From contig JACRMR010000020.1 in assembly GCA_016214895.1 (NCBI GenBank), forward strand, positions 41,812 through 105,811: a DNA stretch of 64,000 bases, written 5' to 3'. The position numbers and the translations under genes are program-made. The DNA comes from Candidatus Zhuqueibacterota bacterium (GTDB lineage Bacteria > Electryoneota > RPQS01). The notes under the pieces were generated by a model. The model did no database searches. It was not told the DNA's origin and saw nothing but the letters and a program-made list of their open reading frames with translations. Below are positions 29,899-39,400 of the stretch, in pieces (positions within the stretch are counted from its first letter, which is position 1; each line of letters begins with the position of its first letter).

Positions 29899-31068
29899 CT
29901 ACGCCCCCGCCACCAGCATCGCCTTGCCGCTCGGACGCTGGCTCACGTCGTACTTCTCCGCTTCTTCGAGCAAGCGCGGAATCAGTTCGTCCTCTTTGAG
30001 CGTGGCGATGATCTTGCCGTCCTTCATCAGCATGCCTTTGCCCTTGCCGCCGACGACGGCGAGATCGGCCTCGCGCGCTTCGCCCGGACCGTTCACCACG
30101 CAACCCATCACCGCGATGTGCAGCGGCTTCTTCAGTCCCGAGATCGCCTGCTCCACGCGCATCGTCAAATCAATCAAGTCGATTTCACAACGTCCGCAGC
30201 TCGGACACGCCACCAGATTTGGCCCGCGCGTGCGGAGTCCCAGCGACTTCAGAATCTCCCACGCCACGCGCACTTCTTCTACCGGATCGGCGGTCAAAGA
30301 AACCCGCATCGTTTCGCCGATTCCGTTGGCGAGCAGATAGCCGATCCCCATCGCCGACTTGATGATTCCGGTTGAGGGCGGCCCCGCTTCGGTGACGCCG
30401 AGATGCAGCGGATAGTCGCACTGCTCGCGCATCAGCGAATACGCTTCGATCATGCGCGGCACGTTAGACGCCTTCAGCGAGAGCACGATGTCTGTGAAGC
30501 CTTCGTCCTCGAGAAAGCGAATATGCCCCAGGGCCGACTCCACCATCCCCTGCGGTGTCGGTCCGCCGTACTTGTCGATCAAATCCTTTTCCAGCGAACC
30601 GGAATTCACACCCACGCGCATCGGAATCCCCGCCTCCAGCGCCGCACGTGTCACGGCTTTCGCCCGCCCCTCTCCGCCGAGATTGCCCGGATTGATGCGA
30701 ATCTTATCGACACCCGCGTCAATCGCCTTCAGTGCCAGCTTGTAATGAAAATGAATATCCGCCACCAGCGGCACGTTCATTTCGCGCTTAATCAGCGGCA
30801 GCGCAGCGGCAGCCTCGTCATCGGGTACAGCCACGCGAATAATTTCACACCCGGCCTCCTCGAGGCGCCGGATTTCATTCAGTGTCGTCCGCACGTCGCG
30901 CGTGTCGGTCGTGCACATCGACTGAATCGCGACCGGATAATCGCCGCCGATGGTCACACTCCCGATGCGTACCTCACGAATACCTTTGCGGCGCGCCCCG
31001 ACGGCCGCTGCGCCTTCGTGCAATCCGGCACCATGGCCAACGATAACTGGTAAACTCAGGTCTTGCAA
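29899..31068 (-). CDS. ispG: (E)-4-hydroxy-3-methylbut-2-enyl-diphosphate synthase
   Basis: IQSM, VADIHF, RINPGN, R.GVNSGSL, LHLGVTEAG, RVSL, CPSCGR, AVMGCVVNGPGE. Confidence 0.97.
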   Translation of the reverse strand: MQDLSLPVIVGHGAGLHEGAAAVGARRKGIREVRIGSVTIGGDYPVAIQSMCTTDTRDVRTTLNEIRRLEEAGCEIIRVAVPDDEAAAALPLIKREMNVPLVADIHFHYKLALKAIDAGVDKIRINPGNLGGEGRAKAVTRAALEAGIPMRVGVNSGSLEKDLIDKYGGPTPQGMVESALGHIRFLEDEGFTDIVLSLKASNVPRMIEAYSLMREQCDYPLHLGVTEAGPPSTGIIKSAMGIGYLLANGIGETMRVSLTADPVEEVRVAWEILKSLGLRTRGPNLVACPSCGRCEIDLIDLTMRVEQAISGLKKPLHIAVMGCVVNGPGEAREADLAVVGGKGKGMLMKDGKIIATLKEDELIPRLLEEAEKYDVSQRPSGKAMLVAGA

Positions 31069-31125
31069 GATGTTTGCGAGAGTTAATCCACAGCATTCCA
31101 GAACGGCAACTCTGGTTTAACTCGA

Positions 31126-31154
31126 AATATACTCAAAAGTTCAGGGAAAGTCAA
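31126..31154 (-). promoter_or_regulatory. Sigma70-like promoter for ispG
   Basis: Minus strand TTGACT-17 nt-TATATT. Confidence 0.7.
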
Positions 31155-31304
31155 CCCTCTGTGAAGTAAATACTTATTGTTTATAATAAACTTAGCCATG
31201 CTATCGACCCATAATATGACAACCTCGGTCCAAATTAGGGGTCCAGACCGCGCAATTGACGCGAAATCCGTACCTCTTGGCGTCTGGAGCAGCTTCACTT
31301 CTCC

Positions 31305-31333
31305 TTGTGAATCTGAAGCACAGGTCGTATCTT
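31305..31333 (+). promoter_or_regulatory. Possible promoter for spmAB
   Basis: TTGTGA-17 nt-TATCTT upstream of the AAGGGA RBS. Confidence 0.45.
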
Positions 31334-31375
31334 TAGCGAATGATATGACAGATTCCGGGGAATGAAGGGATACCC

Positions 31376-31966
31376 ATGATCAACTGGATTTGGTTGGGCA
31401 TGATCGCCATCGCGGTGATCGTCGGGGGGGCATCGGGTCGGATTGAAGAGGTCTCGAAGGCCGCGTTCTCCTCGGCAAAAGTGGCGGTTGAGATCGCCAT
31501 CGGTCTGGTCGGGGTCATGGCCATGTGGCTCGGCGTCATGAAAGTCGCCGAGGAGGCTGGCATCGTCCGTTGGCTGGGTCGAGCCGTCCGCCCCGCCCTC
31601 TCGCGAGTGTTTCCCGAGATTCCGCGGGACCATCCGGCCTTGGGGTCCATGACGGCCAACATCGCCGCGAACATGCTGGGACTCGGCAACTCCGCCACTC
31701 CGCTGGGATTGAAGGCGATGCAGGACCTGCAGGAGCTGAATCAGGACAAGCCGACGGCCACCAACGCAATGGTGACGTTCATCGTGATCAACGCGACCTC
31801 CGTAACCGTCATTCCCGCGACGATCATCGCGCTCCGCAAGGACGCCGCCAATCCGACTTCGATTCTGCTCCCGAGTCTGATCGCGACCGCGGTCAGTACC
31901 GCCGTCGGGATCATCATTTCCAAGCTCATGCAGCGTTATTCCAAACCGGGGAACACCGCCTCATGA
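31376..31966 (+). CDS. spmA: SpmA / nucleoside-recognition gate protein
   Basis: WLGVMK.AE..G, LFP-like VFPEIP, ANMLGLGNSATP.GLKAM..LQ.LN. Confidence 0.92.
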   Translation: MINWIWLGMIAIAVIVGGASGRIEEVSKAAFSSAKVAVEIAIGLVGVMAMWLGVMKVAEEAGIVRWLGRAVRPALSRVFPEIPRDHPALGSMTANIAANMLGLGNSATPLGLKAMQDLQELNQDKPTATNAMVTFIVINATSVTVIPATIIALRKDAANPTSILLPSLIATAVSTAVGIIISKLMQRYSKPGNTAS

Positions 31967-32508
31967 GCGATGGGTTTGCGCTCTTCTCCGACGCCGTCGC
32001 GCGCTGGTCGATCCCGGTCATCTTGCTGCTGATTCTGGGTATTGGCGCGCTCAAACGCGTGCGCGTATATGAGTCTTTCGTCGGCGGCGCGAAGGAAGGC
32101 TTCAACGTCGCGCTCCGGATCATTCCCTATCTCGTAGCGATGCTCGTCGCGATTGGCATGTTCCGCGCGTCGGGCGCGCTTGAATTTATCACGTCGGGCC
32201 TCGCGCCGGTGCTGGCTCCGCTGGGCGTGCCGCCGGAAGTGCTGCCGATGATGCTGATCATGCCGCTCTCAGGCTCCGGCGCGCAAGGTGTGTTGGCCGA
32301 GGGCCTGAAGACTTATGGTCCCGACACGCTACTCGGCAACATGCTCTCGGTCCTGAACGGCTCGAACGAAACGACGTTCTACATCATCGCGGTTTATTTC
32401 GGCTCCGTCGCCATCCGCAACATTCGCCACGCACTTCCCGCGGCGCTCATCGGCAACATCGCCGGTTTTGCCGTCGCCGTTGCCCTCTGCAATCTACTGT
32501 TTGGATAA
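31963..32508 (+). CDS. spmB: SpmB
   Basis: ATGA overlap with spmA; VYESFV.GAKEG, RASGAL, PLSGSG, GS.ETTFY..AVYFGSV. Confidence 0.92.
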   Translation: MSDGFALFSDAVARWSIPVILLLILGIGALKRVRVYESFVGGAKEGFNVALRIIPYLVAMLVAIGMFRASGALEFITSGLAPVLAPLGVPPEVLPMMLIMPLSGSGAQGVLAEGLKTYGPDTLLGNMLSVLNGSNETTFYIIAVYFGSVAIRNIRHALPAALIGNIAGFAVAVALCNLLFG

Positions 32509-32529
32509 CCTCACCCGCCCTGAGTTCTC

Positions 32530-35103
32530 ATGCTGTCCTGTCATCGCCTGTTTGCACTTTGCGTCGTCGCGGCGCTGGTGGTGTCCGCGGCCGTCGCGGC
32601 TCCGCTAACCGTCAATCCCTGGCTGGTCACCGGCACGCTCTCGATTCCGCGACCGCTGTTTTCTGATACATTGTGGAGCACGAATTCACAATTGGATCAG
32701 CTGGATCCGAACTTCCGTGATCTCCTGCCAGAAGCGGGCGGTTCCTTCCCGTGGTCGCCGCTGGATCAGGCAACATGGGAGAAGCAGTCCAACGACACAC
32801 TCAAGTTCCGCATCGCGGCGGCGCAGCCCTACGCCGTGTTTGCGGCAAGTTATGTGACCACCACGCGCCGCCAGGAACTACCGTTGAAAGTGAGTTGTGG
32901 CAATCCCGTCGCGGTCTGGTTCGACGGCAAGCTCGTGGGAAAACAATCCACGGCCAAGGACAATCTCTACGAGGTCTCGGGCACCGTGGACGCGCACACG
33001 GGCAAGCATCTGCTGCTCGTGAAGTGCATCGGCGTGGCGAATATTTCGCCCGCATCTTGGACCCTGACCGCTTCGTTTACCGAGGATTCCACGCGCATCG
33101 GAACCGTTCAGTTCTCCGCGATCTCGCGCCGCGGCTTGCAGCACTGGACCGACTGGGGTTTGTTTCAGGAATTGGGCACGCCCGCGGTCTCGGCCGACGG
33201 CCGCTATGTCGCCGTCGTGCGATCGCAACGCGATGAAAAGTATAAGAAGTCCTCGTGGATCGAAGTTTACGATTCGCGCGCGGCCAAGCTTGTTGAAACG
33301 ATTCGCCCCGGCAGCGGCCTCAGCACCGGCTCAATCTGGTTCATGCCCGTCTCCCCCGCGCTTGTGTACGGACTGGGCGGCGACAACGGCACCACACTCT
33401 GGAAATTCGACTTGGTCTCGCGCACAACCACACCGCTGTTGCGCGACGCCAAGGAGATCGACCACGTGGTATGCTCTCCGGACGAACAGTACCTCTATTT
33501 CTTTCAGGACGACGAGGATCAGGACGAGGGGGCCTACAAACTCTATGACGAAGTCGAGGACCGCGTCTTTGACTATAATCGACTGCGGCACATCGTCGAG
33601 TACAGCATCGAAAGCAGAACTTCTCGTACGCTGAACGACGTCGGCACCTTCGCCATGAACGAATTTGAGTTGTCTCGCGAAGGCCGCAAGCTCGCGTTCA
33701 CACGATTGATTCCCCGTCCCGGTTATCCGTTCTACAACACCGAGCTGTGGGTTTACGATCTGCGCGAACGCGACGGACAGCTGATCACCTCGCTGCCGCT
33801 CACGGAGAGTATCCGCCACCTTTGCTGGCTCCCCGGCGGAACTCAACTGTACTACTGCTCCGCCGGCGATACCGCGAATCCCGCCGACACGGTCTATCAC
33901 AACGGCAATCAGGCTTGCTTGTTCTCCGTTGACTTGAAGACGAAGAAGATCTCGAACGTGAGCGCCAATCAAACGTTCAGCGTGGCTGAAGGCGGCGCGC
34001 GGTCTCGCATCTTGTGGAGCGAGCGGACCGGCAAGCTCTTCTTCACCGGGGACGATTTCGGCAAAGTCTCGCTGTTCCGCACAACGCCGGCGGCGGTACC
34101 GAAGTTTGAGTCGATCAGCCTCTCCCGCCTGGTCAATGACAATCCAGCGATCGCGAGCGACGGCTCGCTGCTCGCCTACACCGCGACCAGTCCGGCTAAG
34201 CCATTCGCGCTGTTCTGCTTTGATCCGGTCAGTGGCAAAGAGACCGAACTTGCGGACCCGAACCGTGAGTTGATCTCGCGTTCCGAGTTGGCGACATATG
34301 AAGACTACGCCTTCACCAACTCCGAACAGCAGTTCATTGACGGCTGGATCTTCTACCCGCCGCATTTCGACGCCAACCGGAAATATCCGCTGGTGGTCTA
34401 TTACTACGGCGGCGTGAGTCCGCGCGACCGCCGCTTTTCGTTTCAGTATCACTGGCTCGCGGCGAACGGCTACGTCGTTTACGTGTTGAACCCCGGCGGC
34501 TGTGTCGGCTACGGACAGGCGTTTGCGGACATTCATTGCAACGATTGGGGTACCCGCGCCACAGCGGACGTGATCGAAGGCACGAACAAGATTCTCCACG
34601 ACAAGAGCTTCCTCGATCCGAAGCGGATCGCCGCTTACGGCGGCAGCTACGGCGGCTTCATCACGCTTGACCTGGCCACCAAGACCGGCATGTTTACGGC
34701 ACTCTGCGACATGTACGGTATCAGCAATCTCGCGAACTACTGGGGATCGGGAACCTGGGGCTACTGGTACGGGAATCTCGCTCTGCCCGGTGCCTATCCG
34801 TGGAACCGGCGCGACGTCTATGTGGACAAATCGCCGATTTTTCACGCCGACAAGGTCACGAGTCCGCTTCTGATTCTGCACGGCGCGTCCGATCCGAACG
34901 TCCCGCCTGCTGAATCCGATCAGATGTTCGTGGCGTTGAAGTTGTTGGGCAAGGATGTCGTCTTGATCAAGTTCAAGGATGAAACGCACAACATCAATGT
35001 GAAGTTCGAGAATCTAATTGAGCACCGCGAGCTGATGCTCGAGTGGTTCGATAAGTACGCAAAGGGGGAACCCGAAGGCTGGAACTTGCGCAATAAGCAG
35101 TGA
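32530..35103 (+). CDS. S9 family (prolyl oligopeptidase/acylaminoacyl peptidase-like) secreted peptidase
   Basis: Signal peptide; propeller; GGSYGG nucleophile, HG..D.NV, ETH. Confidence 0.9.
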   Translation: MLSCHRLFALCVVAALVVSAAVAAPLTVNPWLVTGTLSIPRPLFSDTLWSTNSQLDQLDPNFRDLLPEAGGSFPWSPLDQATWEKQSNDTLKFRIAAAQPYAVFAASYVTTTRRQELPLKVSCGNPVAVWFDGKLVGKQSTAKDNLYEVSGTVDAHTGKHLLLVKCIGVANISPASWTLTASFTEDSTRIGTVQFSAISRRGLQHWTDWGLFQELGTPAVSADGRYVAVVRSQRDEKYKKSSWIEVYDSRAAKLVETIRPGSGLSTGSIWFMPVSPALVYGLGGDNGTTLWKFDLVSRTTTPLLRDAKEIDHVVCSPDEQYLYFFQDDEDQDEGAYKLYDEVEDRVFDYNRLRHIVEYSIESRTSRTLNDVGTFAMNEFELSREGRKLAFTRLIPRPGYPFYNTELWVYDLRERDGQLITSLPLTESIRHLCWLPGGTQLYYCSAGDTANPADTVYHNGNQACLFSVDLKTKKISNVSANQTFSVAEGGARSRILWSERTGKLFFTGDDFGKVSLFRTTPAAVPKFESISLSRLVNDNPAIASDGSLLAYTATSPAKPFALFCFDPVSGKETELADPNRELISRSELATYEDYAFTNSEQQFIDGWIFYPPHFDANRKYPLVVYYYGGVSPRDRRFSFQYHWLAANGYVVYVLNPGGCVGYGQAFADIHCNDWGTRATADVIEGTNKILHDKSFLDPKRIAAYGGSYGGFITLDLATKTGMFTALCDMYGISNLANYWGSGTWGYWYGNLALPGAYPWNRRDVYVDKSPIFHADKVTSPLLILHGASDPNVPPAESDQMFVALKLLGKDVVLIKFKDETHNINVKFENLIEHRELMLEWFDKYAKGEPEGWNLRNKQ

Positions 35104-35110
35104 GCCGCGG

Positions 35111-35830
35111 ATGTTCACTCACACCGCGCATCTCTATGACCTGATCTACACGCGGATGAAGGACTACGCCGCCGAAGCGCACGCGGTGCATGAACTCATT
35201 CAGTCGAGCCTGCCCGGTGCGCGATCGCTGCTGGATATTGCCTGCGGAACTGGCGAGCACGCCAAATGGCTGCACGGGGAGCACGGTTATGAAGTGTTCG
35301 GCATTGATCTCGACTCGAACATGGTCGCGATCTCGCAAGCCAAGTGTCCTGAGTGCCGCTTTTTGACCGCGAACATGGTGGATTTCGAAGTTGCGGAGCG
35401 GTTTGACGCGGCCATCTGCCTGTTCGGTTCGATCGGATATCTGACGGACCTTGCCGATGTGGCTCAGGCATTCGAACGCGTTCGCTCGCACCTCAAGCCC
35501 GGCGGTGTGTTCCTGCTCGAACCGTTCCTCAGTCCGGAGCAATACCAGCCCGGCAGCGTATTCATGGAGGCCGTCGATCAGGAACAGGTCAAGCTGTGCC
35601 GCATGTCCGTTTCGTCCGTGCACGACCGCATTGGCGAGTTCCATTTCGAGTATCTTGTGGGGCGGCCCGCCGGAATCGTTCACCTGACCGAAACCCACAC
35701 CTTGCGCCTCTCCACAATCGCCGAGTTGCAATCGGCCCTCGAGCGGGCGGGGTTTCAGACCGCATACCGCGAACCGGGACTCCGGAACCGCGGGCGGGGC
35801 TTGTTCGTATGCGTTATGAAGGGTGCCTGA
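35111..35830 (+). CDS. Class I SAM-dependent methyltransferase
   Basis: LLDIACGTG, GIDL, HLKPGG. Confidence 0.92.
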   Translation: MFTHTAHLYDLIYTRMKDYAAEAHAVHELIQSSLPGARSLLDIACGTGEHAKWLHGEHGYEVFGIDLDSNMVAISQAKCPECRFLTANMVDFEVAERFDAAICLFGSIGYLTDLADVAQAFERVRSHLKPGGVFLLEPFLSPEQYQPGSVFMEAVDQEQVKLCRMSVSSVHDRIGEFHFEYLVGRPAGIVHLTETHTLRLSTIAELQSALERAGFQTAYREPGLRNRGRGLFVCVMKGA

Positions 35831-35856
35831 AACCGATCGTATTCCAACGGAGGATC

Positions 35857-36348
35857 ATGATGGACGAAAAGTCAACCTACATGAAGAGCTGGGAGCGTGA
35901 ACACGCGGTTACGCTGAACGTATTACGCCACTTCCCGGCCGACAAGCAGGATTTGAAACCTGCCGAGAAATGCAAGAGTGCCAAGGACCTGGCATTTGTC
36001 TTCGTTTCCGAGTATGAGATGCTGGGCAAGGCGATCATCGCCGGTGAATTGGACTTCTCCAAGAAGTTGCATCCCCCGGACTCGTTGAGCCAGATCATTA
36101 CTCAGATTGAGCAGATCAAGGAGCCGTTTCTCGCATCGATCAGTGCCATGTCGGATGCCGACTGGAACGGCACCATGATGTTCATGACCGGGCCGGGCAA
36201 GATGGTCCCGGTTCGTCGTGCTGAGTTGCTCTGGATGTTGCTGATGGACATGATTCATCACCGCGGTCAGTTCTCGATCTACAATCGCATCGCCGGCGGC
36301 AAGGTACCGTCCATCTACGGCCCGTCCGCCGACGAGCCCTGGATGTAG
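35857..36348 (+). CDS. DinB family protein
   Basis: GAGGA RBS before MMDEK; IHHRGQ..IY.R..G..VPSIYGPS. Confidence 0.88.
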   Translation: MMDEKSTYMKSWEREHAVTLNVLRHFPADKQDLKPAEKCKSAKDLAFVFVSEYEMLGKAIIAGELDFSKKLHPPDSLSQIITQIEQIKEPFLASISAMSDADWNGTMMFMTGPGKMVPVRRAELLWMLLMDMIHHRGQFSIYNRIAGGKVPSIYGPSADEPWM

Positions 36349-36352
36349 CCGC

Positions 36353-36394
36353 TTCCGCCGAGCCGGGTTAGGTCGGCGCAAGCCGGCCGGAATC
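36353..36394 (+). repeat. REP-like hairpin family copy (TTCCGCCGA-stem-CGGAATC)
   Basis: TTCCGCCGA GCCGGGTT...AAGCCGGC CGGAATC; same flanks as the copies at 56275-56400 and 60448-60552. Confidence 0.6.
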
Positions 36395-36415
36395 TGAGAC
36401 CTATTGACAGATGAA

Positions 36416-36447
36416 GAAGAGGGCGACCCGACCGGGCCGCCCTCTTC
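36416..36447. terminator. Hairpin between convergent dinB-like gene and large gene
   Basis: GAAGAGGGCG...CGCCCTCTTC. Confidence 0.6.
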
Positions 36448-36496
36448 GTATATCCGCCGCGCCGAGCGGTAAACTCGTCGCGGTGAATTGATTTGC

Positions 36497-39400
36497 TTAC
36501 TTCAACAACAGCAACTTCCCGGTCGCCGTGTACGAACCCGCGTTCATCCGGGCAATGTACATACCGCTGGGCAGATTGTCCGCCGTGAAGCTGACGTTGT
36601 AACGGCCGGGCTGATAGACATCATCAACCGGGCGCGCGACCTCCTGACCGTTCATGTTGTACAGCACGATCTGCACGCGGCTCGCGTTCGGGACATCGAA
36701 GCGGAAGGCCGTTGTCGCATTGAACGGGTTCGGGTAGTTGGCATGATACGCGAACTCCGTCGGCAGCGGCAGCGGCGGTTCCGGCCGATCCACCGACACG
36801 AACAGCGTGACCGGAATTGTGTACAGCAGGCCCGGAGCAGTGTGCGTGATGCGAATCGTCGCCTGATACTCCTGTCCCGGAGTCAGACCGGCGGCCAGCA
36901 TCCCGACCGTGATTTCGCGAGCTTGTCCCGGGTTGATAGTGCCGGTCGCCGGCGAGGCCGTCAACCAATTGGCATCGTCGCCGATCACATAATTCAGCGG
37001 ACACAGACCCGCCGGATTCGAGATCGTGAAAAACGCCGCCACATCGTGTCCCGGCCACGTCGTTTGCGAAATGGACGTGACATTGAACACCGCCTGCGGC
37101 GCGTTCATGACCGCATCCAACTCCGTAACCCCGCCGTCGGTGACAACGACATCAGGCGTAACGGTGTCGCACCAGCCCGGCTTGGAAAACACGACGGTCA
37201 CGGTACCGGGTTCGGCGCCCAGAGTATAGGAACCGTCCGCGGCGGTGTAGGCCGTATCGACCTGACTGTCCACGTACACGGCCACGCCTTCAACCGGAGT
37301 ATTTGCCGGAGCCCCGATGACAACGCCTGCGATTTCTCCGGCCGGACCGCCCCAGAACTGTACGGCAGTCTCATTTTGCGGTTCAAACGGCCCGCCCACG
37401 CCACCGAACCAGAGCTGGATGGCTTCCGTCCCGGTTTCGTTTTCGACGCCCACCGTCGCCTGATTGACATCGGCCATCGACTGATACACGAAGCGGATCC
37501 CGCCCCGGTCGTCGATCACGCACTCAAACGTGTAGTTCCCGTTGCCGTTGATATGCGGTACATCGAGCCATGCCGCGATGAACACACCATCAGCCGCATC
37601 GGATCGATACATCACAATTCCGCCCGTCGGAAGGAACAGATCGTCCCAGAACGGATACAGTACCGTGTTCGGCTCCTGCGCGTTCGGGATTTCGGTATTC
37701 ACGAACGACGCGCTGTTGCTGGTGAATGAAACAAAGCCGTTCGAGCAGATGTACACCGAGGTGTATTCCTGGCCGTAGTATTCGACCGTGAATCCGAGCG
37801 GGAACGGTCCGGAGGACTGATCGTCACCGGTCAATCCGGTGTTGGTTCCGTCCGTGGAGATATCGATCCACTCGTAGTCCACGACTTCCCACGGACTTTG
37901 CACCGCGCCGATGCGGCTCGCGCCGTCGCCGACGTTCGGCACTTCGTCGAAGCCGCGCACCGTCCACGTGTAGAATTCATCCGGCACCGGCGGCGTGTCA
38001 AGATACTGCGTCACGTTCGCCGCGACGCTGCCGATCTGGACGTCGTTCCGGTAGATGCGATATCCCGCGAGGTCCACCAACTGCGAACCATCCGCGTTGG
38101 TGGTCGGCGCCGTCCAACTCACCCGCATGACCGACTGGCCCTGCGGAGTGAGCTCGATGGTGGGAGGTGCGCCCGGCGCCATGTTGCAACGGGCATCCAC
38201 GACCGTATTGCTCGGAGCGGATTCCTCGTTATTGTCATAGTAGGCCGTTACGTAGTAGTCAAACGGCTGATTTTCCGGGCGCGGATCATCGTAGAATAGC
38301 ACAGCCGGGAGCGTCGTCCCGATCTGCCCGCCGTCGCGATACACCCGGTACTGCACCACATCGTCCAGCGTTCCGTGTCCGCCGCGTGAATCGATGCCGG
38401 CATCGCCACCGCGCACAAAGGGAACACGAACGTTGGTCGCCGTGGTCAGACGACTCGCCTGCCTCCAGGTATCGGAAACAGACTGCCGGGCACTGCAGGT
38501 AACCGGGAACCGCTCGAGGCTTGCCCCGGCCTTCGCCGTCAGCGCCCGCGTGCGCATCGCTTCGGCCTTGAAGTTCGTGGCCTTCGCGACCGCGACCGGA
38601 CCCCGATTGACGACCGGCGATTGCACGCCGACCGGACTGGGCATGAGTTCCTGCGCGACCCCGCCGATATCTCCGATCACGAAACAACGCTGCATCGGAA
38701 TGATAATCAGTCCGGGCTCATACGGGTTCCACAGCCCCGCGTCGGAAGCGTAGTAGAACGTGTTGTTGATAAACGGCGTGGCTTCGTCGCCGCCCACGCA
38801 GATCGCATTGGCCGCCATCTGCCGCATACCGATGAAGAAGGAGCCGCTCGTGACCGTGACCGGCGTGCTCAGTTCCCACTCTTGGAACACGTCGTACGGC
38901 GCGGCCTGATTCAAGTCCACGACTCCGAGCGGATCGCCGGTCGGCAACCCACCGCTCTCTTCAAACACGCCGATCTGAAGCGGATCTCCATCAGTCGCGA
39001 AACCGCTGATGTACGTCTTTAACCGAGTCACCGTGATCGGTCCGTTGCCCTGATAGTGCGCGACCAGCCAGCCGTAAGTGGGCTGGAAGCCCCACCAGCC
39101 GATACCGTCAACGGTGTTCGTTCCGTTGTCGTAGAACACTTCGACTTCCGGCGGCGAACCCGGGGCAAGCCACTGGAGATGAATGTGATCGTCGAAGTTT
39201 CCGTTAGCCGTCAGATTGACCGGCGGGATCGAACCGAACAGAATAGCATGGTCCAGCAGGGCCATGTCGGATTCCACCGGAGTCGATACGTTGATGTCCA
39301 CCGCGGACACCGCGTAGTTATAGACGTTGTCCTGCGTGAGCTGATCCGTCGCGTTGGACGGGACCACGGTAGCGACCAGCGTCCAAGTATCCTCGGTCTG

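Noticed and set aside
31525..31962. Apparent long SpmB or spmA-spmB frameshift fusion
   Set aside because: A normal ATGA stop/start overlap at 31963-31966 explains two separate genes.
31376..32508. spmAB as evidence of sporulation
   Set aside because: SpmA/B homologues are widespread in non-sporulating diderms, and the window has tol-pal and outer-membrane genes.
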